A DNA stretch of 64,000 bases from Octopus sinensis (Eukaryota): positions 61,318,001-61,382,000 of the forward strand of contig NC_043010.1 of NCBI RefSeq assembly GCF_006345805.1. Reading direction: 5' to 3'. Below are positions 23,398 to 34,794 of the stretch, one piece after another. Made by a program: the position numbers and the translations under genes. The stretch's first letter is position 1, and each line of letters opens with the position of its first letter. A model generated the notes under the pieces. That model ran no database searches. It saw only the letters and a program-made list of their open reading frames with translations, and had not been told where the DNA came from.

Positions 23398-24534
23398 ACA
23401 TGAATGCGTATGTATATGTTTCTGTATGTGTGTCTTGCTATATATCAAGGCATATCTCCTTTGCATTGTGTATCAGAAGTTAATTATATCCTTTTTGTTC
23501 TTTCATTGTATACACCTTCTGTCATATCTGAGACTCTTGTCATATCTCACGACAATAACAATCATAATTTATAACAAACATTTGTTGAACCTTTTTGGTA
23601 AGAAAATACTTCACTAAGACTATTTATGATGTATCTATGGAGGAGGATGTCTATGTCTGACTTCTGAGTGTGTCCATGTGTATTTTATGTGTACTTTCTA
23701 TACTGGCAGGGTTTGGCTGGGTCTTGCCGGGGCATGAGTTGTTTCCCATTAGGAGCTGCGGCTCCCTAAGATGAAGTGTTCCTATGTGCTGTTTGGCTTC
23801 ATTTCTATGACTGGATGCCTTTCCTAGCACCAACAACTTCACAGAATGTGTACTGGTATATTTTCTCATAGTACAGCACTATTTGATGAGACAGGGTTTG
23901 AAGGACCTCATAAATTATAGTTTTTCCATTTATTTAGGTAACCACTTTACCTGGTTAATGATAGGTGTGGATGGGGTTTGTACACAGTAAATGAAAGTTT
24001 AGAAATGGAGCAATGATGAGAGAAAGGCCAGAAATGGTTATAACAGTGGCAGGGATAGGAGAGTAAGTGTAGGTCTAGAGCAGGGCCGAAGAGAGCTTGC
24101 ATGGGTGACCAAGGAGGGGAACTGGAGAAAAAGAGGGGAAAGGACAATGGACGGAGAAGGATCGGAATAGGTGGGGAGAGTAGAAGGGAAAAGAGCATGA
24201 TGGGAAGAAGTCAGGGATATGTAGAGGTAATTGAGGAGAAGGGAATGATTGACAATAGCAGGTGGACAGAGACAGTAAGAGCTGATAAAGAAAAGGTGAG
24301 ATTAAATAGAGGTGGGTGAGTGATTTGCAGTAACAGAAGCAATAACGAAGGCAGAAAAAGGTAGGGAGAGCTGATCTATATATTTTTATGTGTTGTAAAA
24401 TTAGTGTTGATTGGAACTTTGAAGTTGCACCTGACAGGTTGATTTTCAAATCCTCATGTAAAACTTAATGTCTCAATCAATAGTTTTACTAGGAATTAGG
24501 CTCCCCTCTAAGCTTTCTGTCCCCTCGTTATTAA

Positions 24535-24755
24535 CCCTTTACTATTCACATTAATCTATCAAATGTGATGCTTCTTTATTTACATTGATGTGAATTAATC
24601 CTGCATTATCTTGTGGCTTTGAGATTTCGATTGGGGGATTGTTTATTTTTAGAATGACATTGTTGGGTTGATACGAGAGATTGGATCTGGCCAGTTTGAA
24701 CATAAAACAGGGACAATATTTTGACCAGATGTGGCCAGTTTGAATGCTCAAAGGG
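24535..24755. mobile_element. piggyBac-type MITE (221 bp), second family
   Basis: TTAA|CCCTTT ... AAAGGG|TTAA with intact target duplication. Confidence 0.8.
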
Positions 24756-25067
24756 TTAATTGTTCCATTGCTACTCTGGAACTTGCAAAAGTATAACCTC
24801 AATTTAACATTTACGTTTATAAGTTTAAATATATGTGTGTGTGGTATTTGCATGTGTGTGTGTGTGTGGTATTTGCATATGTAAATGATTTTCCAATTGA
24901 TGGGAAGATAGAAAAGTGGCTCAAAGGCTGAGAGTTTTGGGTGATCAAACTAAGCAAAGTGCCATGTTTGAAATTCTTGGCTTTTGGGCCTCTTTTGTAA
25001 CTTTCTGCCAACTGAAAATTATATTTACTCATGCATTGAGTTTTATTTTACTTTTTTGAACTTATCC

Positions 25068-25290
25068 TCATCATCGTCATCATCACCATCATCATTACCA
25101 TTTAATGTCCATTGTCCATGCTGGCATGGGTTTGACGGTTTGACCAGAGCTTGCAAGCTCAGGAGCTGCACCAGACTCCAGTCTGGTTTGACATGGTTGC
25201 TATGGCTGGATGCCCTTCCTAACACCAACCACTTTACAGGGTGTGCTGGGTGCTTTTATGTGGCACCACCACGAGTGCTTTTCATTACCA
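25068..25290 (-). mobile_element. SINE family D with (TGA)n tail
   Basis: (CAT)n followed by TCCATGCTGGCATGGG ... GGATGCCCTTCCTAACACCAACCAC; homologous to 28321-28626. Confidence 0.8.
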
Positions 25291-25810
25291 GAGGGACTGG
25301 TCTTAACACTTCTGCTACAAAGTACGGGTCTTCTTGAGTACAGCAAGGTGCCTGGCATCTTGGTCCTTTGCCATCTCCCCTGAAAGGTCCAGCATCCTGA
25401 GATCATTATTTAGTACCTCATCCCATGTCTTCCTGGGTCTCCCACTTCCATATGTTCCATCTACTTTGAGAGATTGGCACTTCTTTATGGATAATATATT
25501 TACTGTTGTGTCTGGGGAGAGTCAGTCTCTTTTGGTGCCTTATAATTTAACACTCACTGGTAAAATTTCCACTTATTTCTTTTTTATTTTCCTAAAACTT
25601 TTGTTGTGTCTCGAGTCAAAACTATTGAAAAGGTTGCAAGATGCAATGAAAATTTTAGAAAAATAAGAAGGAAATAAGTGGAAATGTACCGGTGAGTGTA
25701 TTAAATTATAAGGCATCAAAAAAAAGAATGACTCTCTCCAGATACAACAGAATATGTTTCAACACACAAACTCATATAAAGAATCTTGCAAACCAAATCC
25801 AAAAATGAAA

Positions 25811-25961
<151 letters not shown>

Positions 25962-26002
25962 AATTAATTGGAACTCACTTAAATCTTAATTGCTTTTACT
26001 GA

Positions 26003-26056
<54 letters not shown>

Positions 26057-26087
26057 TATATGTAAATAGAGGAATTTATCTGTAAAA

Positions 26088-26263
26088 TAATATGTGACAA
26101 TTATTTGGTTACCATCAAAAAAGTCTTGGATGTCGGGGTGGAAATCTGCTCTGGCATCTCGTCAGTTATTAAGACAATAAAAAAAAAATAACTGACAAGA
26201 TGCCAGAGCAGACATCCGAAACTCTGAGTTTTATTATGGCAACCGAATAATTGTCACATATTA
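26088..26263. repeat. 176-bp imperfect fold-back palindrome next to (TA)n
   Basis: TAATATGTGACAATTATT pairs with AATAATTGTCACATATTA; TCTGCTCTGGCATCTCGTCAGTTATT with AATAACTGACAAGATGCCAGAGCAGA. Confidence 0.9.
26187..26235 (+). ncRNA. Minimal type-I hammerhead ribozyme-like motif
   Basis: AATAA-CTGACAA-GATG..CATC-C-GAA-ACTCTGAGT-T-TTATT; the opposite arm retains the canonical CTGACGA. Confidence 0.65.
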
Positions 26264-27234
26264 TAGTAGAGAGAGAGAGTGTCAGGGTTACAATTATAAA
26301 GTCATTAATTCAATTCTGGCACATAGTGTTCTTGTGTAAAGAACTCTTGGATGCTCCTTTGGATCAGAAGTGGGTGGTATCTATATCTACCCAGGACTAC
26401 AAGGACACCTAAAATAACTGGTGAAAGCAGGGTACATATGAAGTTATGCTTGTTCACAACTAACTATGCCATACACACACACACACACACATGTAAAATT
26501 GGGTGTGCATGTGTCCATATATACATACACACACACATATATATACAACCATCATTGTTTTAATGTTCATTTTGCTTGTTTGTAAGGGTCGGATGGAATC
26601 TATTGAGACAAATTTTCTATGGCCAGGTGCTTTTCCTGTCACCTACCTTCACCTGTTTCCAAGCAAGGAAATATTTCCCTTGGCCAGACATAACTTTCTA
26701 AAATACCGGAAATGAATAATACTGCTTGTATGACAGTGGTGCTCATTTACAACTATCAAGAAGACTCAAACATACACAAACTTACAAGCATATATATATA
26801 TATATATATATTATATAAATGTAAGATCTAGGGATCAAGGTGTAGGAAGAAAGTCAGCTTCAAGCAATGTGTAGTGAATGTTTAAAAAAAACAACTTTTA
26901 GGAACAATAGAGGTTTATTGAGATGGAGGGGTTTTTTTTTTTCCTTATCAAAGAATGCTGAGTTGAAAAAAAGGTTTTTTTTATGTTCCATGGTAGGTGA
27001 CTTGGGGTTGCTGAGTGCGGAAAGACAGAATACAAGAGTTATGGAATAGAGTCTGGAAAATCCAGGCTACATATGTTTCCTAGCAAGTGGAACCTCAAAA
27101 GTGGTAAAATCCAAGTGAGGTGTATGTATACCGCCAGCTACTCTTTGAGCCAAGGATATCTTGATTAGATTAAAGGGTACATTGTTGCAAGGAGATGCAT
27201 GTTGACACAAAGAAGACTCAATCAGATTATATAT

Positions 27235-27266
<32 letters not shown>

Positions 27267-27299
27267 GCACTTACCTTCCTACTATGTATACTAATATAG

Positions 27300-27443
27300 A
27301 ATGGGTTTGCTTCAGTTTCCATCCACCAAAGATGGTGAAAAGACTTTGGTTGGCCCAGAACTATAACAGAAGACACTTGCCCAAGGTGCCATGGAATGGG
27401 ACTGAACCAGAAACCAAGGGATTGGGAAACAAATTTCTTAACC
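27300..27443 (-). mobile_element. SINE family A 5' half, degenerate
   Basis: AGACACTTGCCCAAGGTGCC..GGGACTGAACC; a similar copy lies at 28778-28936. Confidence 0.75.
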
Positions 27444-27468
27444 TTAAATATACATATGTGTGTGTGTG

Positions 27469-27523
<55 letters not shown>

Positions 27524-27597
27524 GTGTGACCTCGTGTGTACCGTTGGCGATTTTTTTTTCCTCTGTCTTCCCTTCTCTGGATCTTTCCTTCTCCTAT

Positions 27598-27632
27598 GTT
27601 TCCGACGAAGAGCTCCGCTCGAAACGTTAAAC
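27598..27632 (+). ncRNA. Fully paired 35-nt minimal type-I hammerhead-like motif with U4C core
   Basis: GTTT-CCGACGA-A-GAGC-TCC-GCTC-GAA-ACGT-T-AAAC. Confidence 0.72.
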
Positions 27633-28263
27633 CCTCCTTCTTTCCTTCTTTCCTGAGCGTCCAGTAATACTATATTTGTTCCATGTCCTCGCGTTGTTGT
27701 GTTTTTTTGTGTTTTCTTGTTTGGATTAACTATATGTATGTATATATGTGTGTGTGTGTTCATATACCTATAAGTATATCTGTTTTCAAATATGTGTGCA
27801 TGTGCGTGCAGCGTTTTAAAAACCCAGAAGATTTTGCAAGTTCTGTTTGGTGAGTTACAAAGTAAGATCTGTGCGGATCGTGTTTTGGTGTTTTATCTCC
27901 TGTTTTAACTGAATACCAACGAATATTTGTAAACTTATTTCATAAACTGCTATAATTTTTGAAGCATGTGATATTAGTTTGTATCAAAGAGAGAGAGTGA
28001 GATATATTAAGAGAAAATAAAAAATGCAGGAAATAATTTCATTCTGTTATTTTTGTGTTTTGTTGTTATTCATGATTTTTCATTTATGTATATATATATA
28101 TATATTGCATAGTTGAATGTTTTTAGAGCACACACATAGATATATATATTCTTTTTGGGAATATCTTGAAGCACACACAAAGCTATTTAAATTAAATTAC
28201 ACATGTGTTTTGATATATTCCAAAAAAGAATTCAGTTTCTCTTGAATGTTTATAAAATGTTTA

Positions 28264-28310
<47 letters not shown>

Positions 28311-28320
28311 ATATATATCA

Positions 28321-28626
28321 TTCTCATCATCATCATCTTCAGCATCATTATCATCATCGTTTAAAGTCTGTTTTCCATGCTAGCATGGGTTGGACGATTT
28401 TGACTGAGGGCTGTCAAACCAGATGGCTGCACCAGACTCCAATCTGATCTGGCCGAGTTTCTACAGCTGGATGCTCTTCCTAATGCCAACCACTCTGAGA
28501 GTGTAGTGGGTGCTTTTATGTGCCACCGGCACAAGAGCCAGTCAGGCGGTACTGGCAATGGCCATGCTCAAATGGTGCTTATTATGTGCCACCTGCACAA
28601 GAGCCAGTCCAACGGCACTGGCAACA
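28321..28626 (-). mobile_element. SINE family D with (TGA)n tail
   Basis: (CAT)n, TTTTCCATGCTAGCATGGG, GGATGCTCTTCCTAATGCCAACCAC, and an internal repeat TTATGTGCCACC..CACAAGAGCCAGTC present twice. Confidence 0.85.
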
Positions 28627-28651
28627 ACCTATATATATAATACTATATTAT

Positions 28652-28704
<53 letters not shown>

Positions 28705-29934
28705 ATATACATGCATGCATGCATACATACATCATACATCATACATACATACATACATACACACACACATACACACGGACGTTTTTCAGTTCCCATCTTC
28801 GAAATCCACTCATAGTACTTTGGTCGGCCCAAGGCTATAGTAGAAGGCACTTACCCAAGGTGCCATGCAGTGGGAATGAACCTGGAACCATGTGGTTGGG
28901 AAGCAAGTTTCTTACCACACAGCCACGACTGCACCTGTAATACACACACACACACACACGTATTTTCTCTTTCATTTCATTTTATTTGTTTCAGTTATTG
29001 AACAGAGACCATGGTAAGTCAATACTTTGCACAACTCAGCAAATCAGCCTTTTTTGCTTCTGTTGAAATGCTCAGGATTTCCTCCAATTAATTTTGGAAA
29101 TAACGAGGAATTTAGTGAAATATCTTTGTCATTATTCAATGTGTCTTTGGAACAGAACATGAAATTTTGGCAGAAGCGTTTAATTTCGATCCTTTTAAAA
29201 CTGATATAAAATGAGGGACAAAAAGGTTTACTCAGTCCAAGTCCCTTTTTGCCAAAATGCTGGAATCTACAGCTGGGTCTTTTTGCCCCTTGCTAAGATA
29301 GCTTCTTCTAGTTTTCCATTATCCAAACTGCCCCTCATCCATTAGGAACACAGAATAGCATTGATTGATGTCAGCATCCACAAGAAATACCGTCTCATCT
29401 GGTTAAATGATGAAATTAAAATGTTTAAAATCGTTCACCTCTTTCAGTCATTGGACTGTGACCATTCTGGAGCACTGCCTTGAAGGATTTAATTGGCCAA
29501 ATCGACCCGAGTACTTATTAAGTTTGTTACTTATTCCACTGATTGTGGCCATGCTGGAGTACCACACACACACACACACACATAATAATAATAAAAGCAA
29601 AATTCTGTCTGCCTGCCTGAGACCCCTGTATCACAGCCTAAATTTGCTCTACATAGACATATTATATCTTTTTGGAATCAGGATTATCTCAGGATTGAAA
29701 ATCCCCATCCCTGAAATTGCTGGCCTTGCGCTGAAATTTGAAACTAGTATTCTATTTATATTCCCAGTTGACTCCATAACAAGTTACTCCATCCATTCAA
29801 AGAAATCTCTGGAAGAAATAAATTCTTTCTTAGAAACAAATTGGATGAACAGGAAATATGTGGGACTGTAAAAGGTTGTCTGCAAATCTTGTCTTCATCC
29901 AAACACATGGAAAAATGGACCTCAGACAAAAGCA

Positions 29935-30309
29935 CTCCGTCGGTTTCGACGATGAGGGTTCCGGTTGATCCGAATCAACGGAACAGCCTGCTCATGAAAT
30001 TAACGTGTAAGTGGCTGAGCACTCCACAGACACGTGCACCCTTAACGTAGTTCTCGGGGATATTCAGCGTGACACAGAGAGTGACAAGGCCGGCCCCTTC
30101 AAATACAGGTACAACAGAAACAGGAAGTAAGAGTGAGAGAAAGTTGTGGTGAAAGAGTACAGCAGGAATCACCACCATCCCCTGCCAGAGCCTCGTGGAG
30201 CTTTAGGTGTTTTCGCTCAATAAACACACACAACGCCCGGTCTGGGAATCGAAACCGCGATCCTATGACCGCGAGTCCACTGCCCTAACCACTGGGCCAT
30301 TGCGCCTCC
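29935..30309 (-). mobile_element. tRNA-derived SINE family C with intact Pol III boxes
   Basis: Minus strand GGAGGCGCAATGGCCCAGTGGTTAGG (A box) and GGTTTCGATTCCC (B box), followed by a long non-tRNA body. Confidence 0.85.
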
Positions 30310-30427
30310 ACATAGAATAAGTACTAGGCTTACAAACAATGTCCTGGGATCAATTTGTTTGACTAAATGCGGTGCTCCAGCACAGCCGCAGTCAAATAAA
30401 TGAATAAAAGAATAAGAATATATATAT

Positions 30428-30458
<31 letters not shown>

Positions 30459-30586
30459 AACAGTAAATGAAGTATATGGAAAGGAAACAATTGTAAGTGT
30501 GGACGAACCTTAATTCGATCCCAATCCCAGTTGGTGCAGAACCAAAGAAACATTCTACAAATTGTTTGGTCGGAATCATTCGTAAC

Positions 30587-30684
30587 ATTCTGTAATTCCT
30601 GATGAGGAATCTAATTTGTATTTCATGAAGAATTTTTCGTCTTTGCCTTTGGAATTAATTAGACTCCGAAACAATTTGCAGAAT
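30587..30684 (+). ncRNA. Hammerhead-like motif with long stems I and II and a damaged cleavage site
   Basis: ATTCTGTAATT-C-CTGATGA-GGAATCTAATT..AATTAGACTCC-GAAAC-AATTTGCAGAAT. Confidence 0.5.
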
Positions 30685-30687
30685 GTA

Positions 30688-31030
30688 TTGGGTTGTCCGG
30701 AAAGTTCTTGCCGATTTTTAAAGGAAAGAAAAAGGTCAATAAATACTTGCCATTACATTTTTAATCAACCAAATATGAACCATTTTGTTGTACAATGCGT
30801 CTCCATCTTTCCTTTAACTTGAAAATACCCTCTTCCCAGAATTGAGGTGGTTTCATGGCAAAGAATTCATCAAGGTATCTTTTTACGTCATCCAAGGAAT
30901 TGAAATTTTTACTATTAAGACTATTCTGCAGAGACCTGAATATGTGGAAATCTGAAGGAGCAATATCTGGTGAATATGGAGGGTGGGGTCACACATCCCA
31001 GCCGAGCTGCAGCAATTTTTATCTAGTTCC
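30688..31030 (-). pseudogene. mariner transposase 3' fragment with TIR
   Basis: LGWDV*PHPPYSPDIAPSDFHIF...KERWRRIVQQNG; TIR TTGGGTTGTCCGGAAAGTTC after TA. Confidence 0.85.
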
Positions 31031-31389
31031 CAAAGCATCAAGTACCAAAAATGAACTTTCTTATCTTCCATTTTAAAGGGTTACAGAATTAACACAGGTT
31101 ATAGGAACATAAATCTTCTTCCATGAAAAGATAGCTTAAACTGTGCTCTAAATGGAGATGTAGTCAAATCCTTTTTTATGGACTCAACCATGTTCTAAAA
31201 TAAGGCAATAAATCGGCACAAACAACCCAATATATTGGTTCTGTACCAACTTGGATTTTTTGCCTTTCCTTATAATTCATTTACTGTTTTTGCAAATAGT
31301 GAATATATATTTTTATATGTATTCTTTACTTGGACTTTACCAGTGGACTTTTGGATATTTGACATCCCATTCAAGGATTTCAGTCCTCA

Positions 31390-31786
31390 CCTCTTTTATA
31401 TATATATAAAGCTGAAGTTGTTTGTGTATGGCAGGTTTGGTAGCCTTCAACTAACACTATCTCCTCCGAGACCCTGCGGTGCAAGTTGACCAAAATTGAA
31501 AGTATGATAGAAGAAGGCTTGCTCTTCCTTCCGTAGAAGATAAAATTCAAATCGGACCATGTTGACACCAAAAATTATTTACATCAAAAAGGTGCTTTTT
31601 TTTCTATGAAAATCCCTATTTTTTACGATTCTTTGACTGCTGTGTTGCCAAGTTTCAGTGTATTTCAACCAGAAAAATGTTCACTTAAAGAGAATAACAA
31701 GCTACATAATGAAAAATTTGTACTTTTCAAAAATTCCAATTCTAAATGGTCGAAACAACCCGAGCAACGCCAGGCGATACTGCTAG
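31390..31786 (+). mobile_element. Non-autonomous Helitron (about 397 bp)
   Basis: 5' ..CTCTT(TT)ATATATATAAAGCTGAAG; 3' hairpin CCCGAGCAACGCCAGG then CTAG|T; homologous to 63543-63936. Confidence 0.8.
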
Positions 31787-31789
31787 TAC

Positions 31790-31821
<32 letters not shown>

Positions 31822-32262
31822 TATATATATTATATATATATATATATATATACATATATACAGACTCATATATGCCACTGTAAAGAAAAGCTTTATGGTA
31901 ACAAATGAAATTGAAAATAAGAACAATAACAACAAGAACAAGAAGATTGTTTACTGAGTCTACAAGTTTTATATTTGTTGTATAAAGTGTCAAGATTAAG
32001 GGAGGAGACGATAAGAAGTCTGGAGCCACAATTCTTGTTGACAAAGATGTCATCAGCAGAGTCTGCTGTGACATTGTTGCAATGGAGCTGGGGGTGGGGG
32101 AGCAGGGGGTGCGCAAAAGTTTGGGCAAGGATTGCGGCTGTCTTTGAAATATACCATTAGCTTTTTGTTGAAATGGTTTTGAAATGATTGTTTCTTGTGT
32201 GTATGTATGTATGTGTGTGTGTGTCATATATATATGTATGTATGTATGTATATATGTGTGTG

Positions 32263-32296
<34 letters not shown>

Positions 32297-32303
32297 ATAT
32301 ATA

Positions 32304-32359
<56 letters not shown>

Positions 32360-32639
32360 TATATGTATTTATGTATATGTATGTATATGTATATATACAC
32401 ATACATACATATATGCATATGTGCATATAAATATGTTTGTGTCTATATACACATGTATATAAATGTGTTTATAGATATATATGTATGCATGAATGTATAC
32501 CTACACACATTTATACACACACACACACATACATATATATATAAAACCAAATATAAATATATATAATGTGTGTGTGCGTGTGTGTGTATGTATGTATATT
32601 AATCAAAGTATACAGTAATATAAATCTATTACAGCCAAA

Positions 32640-32791
32640 CTTATCAACCAGTTTCGCACTGGATTTCACATAACCAGGCAGTTATCTGAAACGAGTGCTC
32701 TTCAGAGATTTAGCCGTTCCTGAAGAGCATGTGTTAGATAAGCACCCAGTGATCCCCCAGTTATATAACAACTGGTGCAAAACCAAACGGC
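32640..32791. ncRNA. Back-to-back pair of degenerate hammerhead-like motifs
   Basis: Minus: CTGAAGA-GCAC..GTGC-GAA-ACTGGT-T (32705 to 32646). Plus: GCCGTT-C-CTGAAGA-GCA..TGC-AAAAC-CA-AACGGC (32713-32791). Confidence 0.5.
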
Positions 32792-32927
32792 AAACATCAG
32801 CTGTATTGCATCTAGAGTACTCTGTACTTCAATTAACATATGTACTCTTTTGATAAATGCATGAGTACCTATTTGTCCTCACTTATGGATCCTTAGACAA
32901 TTACATATCTATGTATATATATAATAT

Positions 32928-32972
<45 letters not shown>

Positions 32973-33026
32973 TCATACATACATTATATGAATACATATA
33001 TATACATATATATATATATATATGTG

Positions 33027-33064
<38 letters not shown>

Positions 33065-33403
33065 TACATAAATCTATGTAAAGTGCCTGTTGCCCTGAAG
33101 AAGCGTATTCACAACCTAAGTAAAGAACTCAATACTGCCAGTAGTGGTGTTTGTATGTTTGTTTTTGAATTGGAATAATGCTTGCAGACATCTTTCAGTC
33201 ATTTTCAGTTCTATCTTAAAAAGGATTGAGACACATTTGCAGGCCAACATATATACATGCATACACGCATGAGTGTACACACACACACAAATGTATGTAT
33301 ATATGTGCAAATATATATATATAAACATTATATAAATATATATATATATATATATACACACACATTCATACATACATTATATGAATACATATATATACAT
33401 ATA

Positions 33404-33445
<42 letters not shown>

Positions 33446-33450
33446 TTGCA

Positions 33451-33550
<100 letters not shown>

Positions 33551-33809
33551 CATATATATATACATATATATATACATACATATATATATATATATATATA
33601 ATATATATATATATATATTATTATATATATATATATAGGTTAGTTGAGTTAGAGGTTAAAATAACCGTCAAGTGATAGAAGTATCCATTATACTCCGGGT
33701 ATATTGCCTGTGTTTAACCATGGGCATGCATTTGAGAGCATGTTATGGTCATAAATTACAGGTAAACACAAGGATAAACGTGAGTTTATCAAGAGGGAAA
33801 ATCTAAAGA

Positions 33810-33963
33810 AAACAGAAAATGGAGAAATATTGATGGACAACAATTGACTTTCATCAATTATTATTTATTAATTAAATGCAAATAGACTGCAGTCTATTTG
33901 CATTGAATTAATTAATAATTGATGTAAGTCAATTGTTGTCCATCAATATTTCTCCATTTTCTG

Positions 33964-33966
<3 letters not shown>
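33810..33966. repeat. 157-bp near-perfect loopless palindrome
   Basis: AAACAGAAAATGGAGAAATATTGATGGACAACAATTGAC ... TAGACTG|CAGTCTA ... GTCAATTGTTGTCCATCAATATTTCTCCATTTTCTGTTT. Confidence 0.92.
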
Positions 33967-34004
<38 letters not shown>

Positions 34005-34026
34005 TGTATATATACATATATATATA

Positions 34027-34200
34027 CTTTATTTAAAGCAGCAGAAAATTCAACAAAACCTGTTACGAACGGGAACGTGAAACTCAGAGTAACAGGTTTT
34101 GTTGAATTTTCTGGTGCTTTAAATAAAGCATATTACTCTACCACTGGCATTTGAGTACTCTTTTTTCCACCTTGTTTCACATTTATGGGTTTACTCCAGT
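34027..34200. repeat. Second copy of the 23172 hairpin element with a shortened left arm and a hammerhead-like motif at 34059-34096
   Basis: CCTGT-TACGA-ACG-GGAA-CGT-GAA-ACTCAGAGT-A-ACAGG; same downstream tail as the 23172 copy. Confidence 0.9.
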
Positions 34201-34218
34201 ATATATATGTATATATAT

Positions 34219-34259
<41 letters not shown>

Positions 34260-34794
34260 AATTATATATATATATATTATATATACATTTATAGAATTAT
34301 ATATACATATGCATACATAGAAATGTGTGTGTGTGTGCATGTATTGAAAAATTGCCATTTTGAACAAAAATAGTAGAGCACTAGTATATGTCAGTGAAAC
34401 ACATGTAATGGTTATGTACTGAATGATGTTATAATAAAAATGTTTGACTGAATCTCCTGTTTTATTCTGTTGTCATATATATATATATATATATATATAT
34501 AAGACTGTGACACACATATTTATACAAGTGTGTGCACATGTATGAAATAGTGTGTGTATGTGTTCTGTATTCAGTGTTAAAATCATGAGGTCATGTGGTT
34601 TACATTTTAACAACATATTGTTACTTTCATATAAAACTGTTATTTGTATAACACATTTCTTGTTTGTTTCTTCTTTATTCACACTAAATTTGTCGTTGTT
34701 TGCTAAACAACTAGGTCTGATATATTATTTATGCCATTGGTTTACAATACTGAGATAGTTTTTGTTTCCAATTGTGACAAATGTGTTTTGTGGC

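Noticed and set aside
24040-24360. Long purine-rich tract (also 19150-19440)
   Set aside because: Low-complexity strand bias without repeat periodicity or ORF support; nothing specific to claim.
30240-30309. tRNA gene
   Set aside because: A and B boxes are present but no complete cloverleaf or acceptor stem; it continues into a SINE body. The same applies to the heads at about 4310, 11026 and 18413.
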